IMG/VR virus record: IMGVR_UViG_3300042691_044383
Span: 62,001 to 116,632 of that record
Length of the DNA: 54,632 nucleotides
Reading direction: 5' to 3' (one strand)
Source: an uncultured virus (IMG/VR IMGVR_UViG_3300042691_044383)
Taxonomy: Duplodnaviria > Heunggongvirae > Uroviricota > Caudoviricetes
The position numbers were made by a program, and so were the translations under genes. Positions 7,736 through 14,661 of the stretch are shown here, piece after piece. How positions within the stretch are numbered: position 1 is the first letter of the stretch; each line of letters begins with the position of its first letter. A model generated the notes under the pieces. It searched no databases and was not told where the DNA came from. It saw only the letters and a program-made list of their open reading frames with translations.

Positions 7736-8526
7736 GTGTTATTGCCTTTCGAATTTTTTATCACGTGGCGGATTGCTGCTTTGATAAACTCGCCGTGCGT
7801 TGCCCACCAAGAAGCCGCATCGGAGTGCATCTTCTTGATCTCTTCGCTTTCCGATGTCCAAGCCAACCAGTTTTCATTAGGTTGTGTTTTGCAACCGATG
7901 GATGTTCGGTCCGCGTAAACGCAGATCGACCAACGATCGATATCCATGCGACAAACCAGGGTGTCGATTCTTGCCCCAGTAAGATTAGCATCGTCAAGGT
8001 CAGCGCCGTTAAGGTTGGCCCCGCGAAGGTCGGCCCCTTCAAGATTGGCCCGGCGAAGGTTGGCCCCGCGAAGGTTGACCCCGCGAAGGTCGGCCCCGTC
8101 AAGGTTGGCTCCGATAAGGTTGGCCTTGTAAAGGTTGGCCCCGCGAAGGTTGGCCCCGGCAAGGTTGGCTCCGATAAGGTTGGCCTTGTAAAGGTTGGCC
8201 CCTTCCAGGTCGGCCCCGATAAGGCTGGCTCCTAAAAGGAAGGCCCTGCGAAGGTTGGCCCCGCGAAGGTTGGCCCCGGCAAGGTTGGCATCGCGAAGGT
8301 CGGCCCCGGCAAGTTTGACCATGGCAAGTTCGGCCCCACCAAGGTTGGCCCCGCGAAGGTTGGCATCGCGAAGGTCGGCCCCGGCAAGTTTGACCATGGC
8401 AAGTTCGGCCCCACCAAGGTTGGCCCCGCGAAGTTCGGCCCTGTGCAGGTTGGCCCTTTTGCCACCTTCATCCTTTAACCACTTCGCGTGCTCAGTTAAA
8501 ATCGTTGCTAGTTCTTCAGGTTTCAT
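7732..8526 (-). CDS. Pentapeptide repeat protein (paralogue)
   Basis: Same N- and C-terminal domains as the neighbouring gene, with more ANLRG/ADLRG repeats. Confidence 0.95.
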   Translation of the reverse strand: MKPEELATILTEHAKWLKDEGGKRANLHRAELRGANLGGAELAMVKLAGADLRDANLRGANLGGAELAMVKLAGADLRDANLAGANLRGANLRRAFLLGASLIGADLEGANLYKANLIGANLAGANLRGANLYKANLIGANLDGADLRGVNLRGANLRRANLEGADLRGANLNGADLDDANLTGARIDTLVCRMDIDRWSICVYADRTSIGCKTQPNENWLAWTSESEEIKKMHSDAASWWATHGEFIKAAIRHVIKNSKGNNT

Positions 8527-8538
8527 GTGTCCCCAGCC

Positions 8539-8919
8539 TTATTTATTTGCGTCCATGAAGACAATGGTAAACAGCACATTCCACGTTGTTCGAGCTGTAA
8601 AAGCTCGAACAACCTCCGTCTCTTCTTCGGTCAGATCCGCCATCCTCTTGTTAAGGATGACAAGCTCGTCGTCCGTCAACTCGCGAATTTTTTTCGCGAG
8701 AACCTTGTCCATTGAACGTCTGAAAACCGGGCCCGGTTCTCCGCGTTGGATGACGAACGCCATCCAAAAGGAATTCTGAAACTCCCGTGTAACTTGTGCT
8801 TCCACCTTCTCCCGATTTTTGGCGGGAAGCTTGCCTTCCTCCCCTTGCATGACCGAAAGGGAAAACAACATCGAAAAAGTGAAAACGATCAAAGCAATTG
8901 TGCGCATTTTTAAATCCAA
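8539..8919 (-). CDS. Hypothetical exported/membrane protein
   Basis: Hydrophobic N-terminus MRTIALIVFTFSMLFSLSV. The start may be ATG 8907. Confidence 0.6.
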   Translation of the reverse strand: MDLKMRTIALIVFTFSMLFSLSVMQGEEGKLPAKNREKVEAQVTREFQNSFWMAFVIQRGEPGPVFRRSMDKVLAKKIRELTDDELVILNKRMADLTEEETEVVRAFTARTTWNVLFTIVFMDANK

Positions 8920-8937
8920 TTTTGGTTGTCAACAGTT

Positions 8938-9091
8938 AAAAAAAAAGCGTAAGCGATCTTGTTAGATCGTTTACGCAAAAGGAGGAGTACCATCAAAGTT
9001 TATTGCTTTGACGGTACTCCTCCTGGAGTTGCAAATAAAAATCAAATCAGAAGGTGTTCGCGTAAGCAACTCGCGAATTTTGATTTGATTT
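8938..9091 (-). terminator. Three consecutive long hairpins, the last followed by T9
   Basis: Stems 9039-9052/9078-9091, 8980-8998/9006-9024 and 8947-8958/8965-8976. The a-run at 8938-8946 gives the U-tail on the minus strand. Confidence 0.7.
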
Positions 9092-9128
9092 CTTTTGAGC
9101 CTTTTAACGTCCTGCCCAGGACTCGAGC

Positions 9129-9605
9129 CTAGTCGCGTACGGTGTAGTTGTAATGAATTTTCCCGTCATCGTTGAGACGGACAATTCGCATCGCCCCGTA
9201 CCATTTGCGAGCCAGGACATCCCGGACACAAGCCGCCATCGGCGCCCAGTAGCCGTGATCGCCCATTTTTGAAAGCAACTTGGAAAGGCTTTCTTCCGTC
9301 TGCCTCGAGAACACATGCAGTACCGCTTGGCGGTACTCTTCCGAAGCGAGCAGCTCGTCACGCAGCTCCTTTGGCACGCTAGCGTGCCATGCCTCCATTA
9401 CACGATGTAACGGAGATTGCGAGTCCCTTGGCTCATCCAAACCGCGCATTACTAGCACGTCGAAATGGTTATGAGCAAACCAATCGGAGTAGTCGGACGG
9501 CAACGGCCATGCGGATCTTGCAAACGCCACAGCTTGCTCAAACTTGGTTTTCCGCTTGACGGGAGTCGCTGCCGGGGTTTGCTTTTTGAACAAAAAAGAA
9601 AACAT
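9129..9605 (-). CDS. Hypothetical protein
   Basis: Start moved to ATG 9605 (MFSFLFKK), preceded by AAGGA. The longer call runs into a terminator. Confidence 0.7.
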   Translation of the reverse strand: MFSFLFKKQTPAATPVKRKTKFEQAVAFARSAWPLPSDYSDWFAHNHFDVLVMRGLDEPRDSQSPLHRVMEAWHASVPKELRDELLASEEYRQAVLHVFSRQTEESLSKLLSKMGDHGYWAPMAACVRDVLARKWYGAMRIVRLNDDGKIHYNYTVRD

Positions 9606-9631
9606 AATTTTATCCTTGTGAATGCAAAAGT

Positions 9632-9671
9632 AAAAAGCCCCACCGCCGCATCCACTGAATGCGGTAGAGCT
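9632..9671 (-). terminator. Rho-independent terminator closing the candidate large ncRNA
   Basis: AGCTCTACCGC...GCGGTGGGGCT followed by TTTTACTTTT. The G-U pairs form only on the minus strand. Confidence 0.75.
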
Positions 9672-10485
9672 TGCGTGGTAAAACACGCGGAATGAATCAT
9701 CGGTTGGTTATCTAGCACCGCCACGTAGAGGCTGATTCATGGTGCCGTATACCGCTTACTCAGTAAAGACTCTCACCAGTCTTTATGCTTGCGGTAATCG
9801 AATCCTGTAACTAGGACCCCTAAAAGAGTGAGCTCTGCATTTTTACCTGTATGCCCAGGCTAGCTTAGGTTGTTAGCCTAAGGGTACGAGCTGTTGCCGC
9901 TTGCTAAGCGATCCAGAACTTCCCCGGATTATTAATGGCTCCTTCGCGGTAGCTTTGCGTATCGTTTTACGTTGGACAAAACGCCAGACTCGCACTGGGT
10001 GCTTTAATCGTTTTTGATCAAAACATCTGCTAGCCTTTTTTTAGTGGAGCTAGTAACCACGTTACCTATGTTTTAACGAGAAGGTATGTTCTCGGAACGT
10101 TCACTGCTTTTTGGCTTCGCCTTGCGTAAAAAGATACAACAAGACGCCAACGAAGAAGCCCACAGAAATTTAGGACTTTTCATCAGAACAGTTTTTCACT
10201 AACTGGGGGATGTCTTTTCAGACTTTTAGTTCAACCCCGAAACCGTGCCACGTGTACTTTTACACGCCACACAGTAATGCTTCACAAGACCCATATAGAG
10301 AAGATCTCGGTGAGGACGACACAAGTGCTAGCCGCCCGCAAATATCGCAAAGACAAAAGACGCTGTTACCCTCGGCTTGATTTTTACATCAAGTGAGTGC
10401 GGTCTTTGCGATACTCGACTTCAGCCAGTGAAAGTACGTTTGCCTTTGTACTTCGACCGACCTGCAAACGATAAGTCGTCTGCAT
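9632..10485 (-). ncRNA. Candidate large structured non-coding RNA (~850 nt)
   Basis: No ORF of 60 aa or more between 9725 and 10519 in an otherwise dense genome. More than ten helices, two H-type pseudoknots, minus-strand G-U pairs and a 3' terminator. Confidence 0.65.
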
Positions 10486-10519
10486 ATTATTCTGACACGT
10501 TTTTACCCTAAATTAAGGT

Positions 10520-10816
10520 CTAAAAAGTGTACTCTACGACCTTACCGTTTTGAGCAACACGAAGGCGAAGCTTCTCCGCGCTAAGCATCTCTTTCAGCCG
10601 TTTCTTCTTCTCAACACCCATGTTGACAATAGACTGCTTTATGGTTTGCATCGCCTGCACGCGTTTGGACGCCGCCCGATTGCAGGGCTTGCAGCTTTTC
10701 TTTGCTGTGGGCACGGCACCGCTCGCAAGGAACGGAAATTCCCGTACAAAATTCGGGTTTGTCGCAAGTGTAAGGAGAACTGTGTCCTCGAGTACCAGCA
10801 GTTTGTGTGTTGCCAT
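10520..10816 (-). CDS. Small basic protein with a CxxC motif
   Basis: ATG 10816 lies right after the upstream stop. Contains KSCKPCNR. Confidence 0.7.
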   Translation of the reverse strand: MATHKLLVLEDTVLLTLATNPNFVREFPFLASGAVPTAKKSCKPCNRAASKRVQAMQTIKQSIVNMGVEKKKRLKEMLSAEKLRLRVAQNGKVVEYTF

Positions 10817-10817
10817 G

Positions 10818-11255
10818 TTAGATAGAACTTGATGTGGAGGTTTCAGGTGCATCGGGTATCCAGACGACTTGCGTTGGCTGCAGTGTGTCCAATCGGTTCA
10901 TCGCCGCGACCAACACCCCGACTTCGTGCTGTATCTCATCCCAAATGGCCGTCGCTTGAGCCGTCGAGGCGACGTCGAGCTCCACGTAGCTCAAGCGATA
11001 GTAGGGCCAGCTTTGATCCGGATCCGGTGCACCTGCAGGTATGTCTGCAAGTTGCGGTGGTCCTGCAACCGCTTCAAATATATCCGTGCTAAGATCCGTG
11101 TGCGGGCTAGGCGGGTTTCGACGATAAATGAACACGTTACCGTCTATGTCGTTTCCCTCGAAGTCCGTCACGTCGACACGCAAGCGGTAAGCACCGTAGT
11201 TAGGGAATACGACAGTTCCGGTTTCTGACTTTGTAAGCTGGATCCGTCTAGCCAT
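10818..11255 (-). CDS. Hypothetical (possibly virion) protein
   Basis: 145-aa ORF in the operon, with a Ser-rich C-terminus. Confidence 0.75.
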   Translation of the reverse strand: MARRIQLTKSETGTVVFPNYGAYRLRVDVTDFEGNDIDGNVFIYRRNPPSPHTDLSTDIFEAVAGPPQLADIPAGAPDPDQSWPYYRLSYVELDVASTAQATAIWDEIQHEVGVLVAAMNRLDTLQPTQVVWIPDAPETSTSSSI

Positions 11256-11270
11256 CAATTTCGCCTCAAA

Positions 11271-11885
11271 TTATGTGCCAAGCAACGATTTCATTATCTC
11301 TAATTTTGGTTTTTTTGCAAGATTGCAGGCGTCCGTCTTGCAGTGTATAAGTTGCCCCGGCACCGGGTATTCCGTTACGGTGTATTTTTCGTCGAACTGG
11401 ATAAGCCCGGTGGCCAGCATAACCATGTCAGAAGTGTGGGGTTTGCCGAAAATTTCAATAAAATGCCAAGGTCGTTTCGCCAGGTCGCAAAATTCCCGAC
11501 AAACCCGCAGATAATTTTCGGCAGAGCCGGACACAGTACAAGGTACGTGGCCGCAGTGAACCGCGATCGCTGAAGGTTCGAAGACATCTGGCTGCATCAA
11601 AGAGATATTCACGACGTCGTAATCTATCATGATGCCGCCGCCGATCTCGGCCATGGCCAACCAACGCATGTAACAGTGATAGTTGTATTTGCCGGGATTT
11701 ACGGTCGGAAGCTTGGTTATGGCTTCAACGTATTGGGCGTAAAAAGCGGATCTGCTTGCAACAGATTCTCCGATCACTTCCAACTTCCAACCGTTTCTTT
11801 CCCAGGATTGGCGGCAGACATCAATCTGTTCAAGTTGACGTTCAAGCTGACTAACGGGTTCATAATACGTAAAAACTTTTTTCAT
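11271..11885 (-). CDS. GT-A fold glycosyltransferase-like protein
   Basis: SWERNGW, then CYMRWLAMAEIGGGIMIDYDV. The RxxxL...GG...DxD pattern is typical of GT32/GT44-like DxD sugar-binding enzymes. Confidence 0.7.
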   Translation of the reverse strand: MKKVFTYYEPVSQLERQLEQIDVCRQSWERNGWKLEVIGESVASRSAFYAQYVEAITKLPTVNPGKYNYHCYMRWLAMAEIGGGIMIDYDVVNISLMQPDVFEPSAIAVHCGHVPCTVSGSAENYLRVCREFCDLAKRPWHFIEIFGKPHTSDMVMLATGLIQFDEKYTVTEYPVPGQLIHCKTDACNLAKKPKLEIMKSLLGT

Positions 11886-11887
11886 GT

Positions 11888-13870
11888 TTATCGCCTAATT
11901 TGTGACATCTCGAATTTAGGGTCCCACGGAAAACGCTGACTTGCCCCTCGTCTTCCGCCTTGCTCGCGAGACGGACAGGCAACAAGACTTTTGTTTTTGT
12001 TCCATTGCTTTATACCGTAGCCGGTCTGGTGCAACTGCTCGCCGATTGTAATGTCGCCGCCGTTGTGAAGCAGCCGGCAGTCGGGAATGTCCGCCTGTCG
12101 CATCGTCTGCGTGTGCAGCGCCCAACACCATCCGACCGCGAAATCAATTACGGATCCGTTCGAAACATCCTCGCCGCCAGTTTTCGATCTAAGTGGTTTG
12201 CCTTTATGCCAGGTCGCTCCTTTGAACCAGCTGTCTGGACGGTAGCCGGCGTTCGCGTAAATGCCGAGATCGTGGAACATCATGTTGCCGTAAAGTCTAA
12301 AGCCGTTTTTATGATTTGCAGCAATGGTCGTGCACAGGTCGCTGAGCCAAGCAGGGTTAGAAATCCACGTGTCGTCATCGAACCAGACCATGTACTCGGT
12401 CTTAATCGGGTGCTCTTCGTCGTAAAACATTTGCCGCATTACCGGGTACTTGAAGTCGTTAGCACTGTGCTCGTAGATTTTCGTAGCAGGTGTTGTTTTC
12501 AAGTAATTCAAGGTGGACTTGGGCACTTGATTAGTCGCAACGCGAAGGTCCAGCTTGTCGGCAGGCACCGTTCGAAGTATGCCGTCGATGCAACGCGTCG
12601 CAAGAGACGTGTACGGACCGTAGCACAGAACGAAGATCGTGACCTTTCCGCCAATTGCCGGATCATCTATGCCTTGAATTGTCTTTGCGATTCGTCCCGT
12701 ATGATTCGCCTTGAGCTCCAAGGGGTGCGACATCTGGTGCTGCTTCTGCGGTACCTCGGGCCGTGACGGTTCACGTATAAGCTGCACAGGGGATTCCTTG
12801 TACTCCACCAGCTCAACAACCGGTACTTGAAGACTCTGGCTTACAACGGAAGACTTATCGACCGCCGGAATCGTGCCATCGGAATAGTAAGACATCACAG
12901 CCGAAACCACGTCAGCGGGTAGTATCAAGTCCTGGCAGCCGGCCACGGGATGGGTTTCAACCGGTTTCACGGGATTTTGACAAAGCAAATGTACCTTCCG
13001 GTTCCTGTCGGAAGGATCCAGTGGAACTACCCTGTTTCTCCAGCACCCGTACGTTTCGCAGCACGGTAGCTTGCCCACGGTGTGCAGGTAACGATGCGGC
13101 ACATTGACTGCCGAAGCTTCCGGCCCGAAGGCTTTGTACTCATTCGTGTAGGCTTCGAACCAAGGGTCCTCCCTCCCTCCCGCGTACACCACGCAAGGCT
13201 TGTCGAACGCGGCGGCTATGTGCATTGCACCCGTGATGCCGCATATCACGCCGTCCGCATGCAATATGATGTTCCACAAGTCCCGGACATTATCCGTCTG
13301 CCCGATGAGGTTGAGCGTTCGCTCCAGTGGCGGGTGAACGTGATTGGTTTGTGTTGCACCCACTTGCACACAGCTTATTCCTTCAGCTTTAAGTTTGTCG
13401 ATGACTTCTTGCATGCGGTGAGCGTGCCAGTGTTTTACTGTGGCGTCGAGTTTACCGCCCGATACGACCACCCAGTACCTTCCGGCCAAACGACGTGTCT
13501 TTTCGTCGTCCGACAGATACAAGTCTGCTTTAGGCTTCGTGACGGGAACCCTTATTCCGGTCTTCTCTTCGAAGTTATGGTGGTACCAGGAGAGTATGTG
13601 CCGCTTGTTTCCCTTTTCGTCGATCGCGTGCTGCTTGATTGCTTTTCCCCAGTCCATCGTGACAATTCGTGCTAAGGATCGTTGCGAGGCGGAAAGCTTC
13701 ACAACGTGCGGATTGTTCCACCACACGTTCGTAAAATTTGTAACAACCTCGGTCTCGTATTTTCCAGGGTAGGCCGCGTGCAGATCCCGCACAATGGAAG
13801 TAAAAAGAATCGTATCACCCATGGCGTGCGGGTGACCGTGTTTAAGCACCAACGGTATTTTTTCTGGCAT
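11888..13870 (-). CDS. Two-domain glycosyltransferase (GT9 heptosyltransferase-like plus GT2-like)
   Basis: N-terminal half: MGDTILFTSIVRDLHAAYPG, KHW, NLIGQT, ITGAMHIAAAFDKPCVV (GT9). C-terminal half: VTIFVLCYG...YMVWFDDDT (GT-A). Confidence 0.85.
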   Translation of the reverse strand: MPEKIPLVLKHGHPHAMGDTILFTSIVRDLHAAYPGKYETEVVTNFTNVWWNNPHVVKLSASQRSLARIVTMDWGKAIKQHAIDEKGNKRHILSWYHHNFEEKTGIRVPVTKPKADLYLSDDEKTRRLAGRYWVVVSGGKLDATVKHWHAHRMQEVIDKLKAEGISCVQVGATQTNHVHPPLERTLNLIGQTDNVRDLWNIILHADGVICGITGAMHIAAAFDKPCVVYAGGREDPWFEAYTNEYKAFGPEASAVNVPHRYLHTVGKLPCCETYGCWRNRVVPLDPSDRNRKVHLLCQNPVKPVETHPVAGCQDLILPADVVSAVMSYYSDGTIPAVDKSSVVSQSLQVPVVELVEYKESPVQLIREPSRPEVPQKQHQMSHPLELKANHTGRIAKTIQGIDDPAIGGKVTIFVLCYGPYTSLATRCIDGILRTVPADKLDLRVATNQVPKSTLNYLKTTPATKIYEHSANDFKYPVMRQMFYDEEHPIKTEYMVWFDDDTWISNPAWLSDLCTTIAANHKNGFRLYGNMMFHDLGIYANAGYRPDSWFKGATWHKGKPLRSKTGGEDVSNGSVIDFAVGWCWALHTQTMRQADIPDCRLLHNGGDITIGEQLHQTGYGIKQWNKNKSLVACPSREQGGRRGASQRFPWDPKFEMSQIRR

Positions 13871-14180
13871 TCTGTTCTATCCTTGCTTTCTTTTCCGGTT
13901 GTCTTAAGGACTGCACCAGTTCATCGCACATCGCGGTTAGGCCTTCAAAGTGGCGGTCGAATACTGCGCGGAGAACCGCATCTTGCTCGACTACAACAGG
14001 TAAAACCGCAAAAGGTTTACAGCCGTGCGTTCTCGCTTCCAGGCTTTTCCAGCAGGTGAAGACGCAACAAACGTCTTTCGTATCCAGTTTAAGGCTGATT
14101 TCCGTAAGCACGCAATACGCTTTAACGGTATCAACTTCTGTTGGATCGCGAAGATCCACTTCTAACACTAGATCTAGCAT
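13842..14180 (-). CDS. Hypothetical protein
   Basis: 112-aa ORF with GGGAG upstream. Confidence 0.6.
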   Translation of the reverse strand: MLDLVLEVDLRDPTEVDTVKAYCVLTEISLKLDTKDVCCVFTCWKSLEARTHGCKPFAVLPVVVEQDAVLRAVFDRHFEGLTAMCDELVQSLRQPEKKARIEQNARKNTVGA

Positions 14181-14203
14181 GTAGAACTCCCGTGAAAAGA
14201 TTC

Positions 14204-14231
14204 ACTTTAGCAGACGCAGTCGCCGTTGCAA
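14204..14231 (-). promoter_or_regulatory. Possible sigma70-type promoter
   Basis: TTGCAA-N16-TAAAGT with a TG extension, in the gap before the glycosyltransferase genes. Confidence 0.3.
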
Positions 14232-14241
14232 GTGACTGGTT

Positions 14242-14661
14242 TTAAGCTGTCACTTGGATAGTGAAAGTGTCGATAAGCGTGTTGTCTGCATTGTTTCGGA
14301 CTTCGATGGTTTGCGGTGCCACTGTTGCGAGAGAATCGCTGTAACAAGTGAAGCTGACCCACTGCCCTGCCGAAACGGAGAAAGTGCTTCCGGGGCTGGC
14401 CGCAACTGGATCCCACGGGGGAGAGAACGGTAAACCGAACTGACTGCCGGTGACTTCGGTCGCGGAGATGCTGTAGAAAAGTTGGATGGCCGACGGGTTC
14501 GTCAGATTGACAACCTTAAGCGTGATCGCCGAAGCCAGCTGCCGACTGGTTATGTTGCTGCTAGCTGTTCCGTAGCTGTAGGTCAAATTGGCCCAGTCCG
14601 TGCCCGTAGGCCCCGTAGTCGCCGGTGGATGCGAGTTAAAGAAACCAGAAAAGGGAATCAT
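14242..14661 (-). CDS. Hypothetical beta-rich virion/fibre-associated protein
   Basis: TAATG overlap with the fibre gene; rich in Thr and Ser. Confidence 0.7.
   Translation of the reverse strand: MIPFSGFFNSHPPATTGPTGTDWANLTYSYGTASSNITSRQLASAITLKVVNLTNPSAIQLFYSISATEVTGSQFGLPFSPPWDPVAASPGSTFSVSAGQWVSFTCYSDSLATVAPQTIEVRNNADNTLIDTFTIQVTA

Noticed and set aside
7076..8530. Diversity-generating retroelement TR/VR pair
   Set aside because: Both copies are intact genes, the differences are not adenine-specific, and no reverse transcriptase is present.
10165..10200. Hammerhead ribozyme (CTGATGA on the minus strand)
   Set aside because: There is no stem II followed by GAAA in the required position.
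9632..10485. tmRNA, RNase P RNA or self-splicing intron
   Set aside because: I saw no tRNA-like ends with a tag ORF, no RNase P P4 consensus and no interrupted flanking gene. This was judged by eye only.
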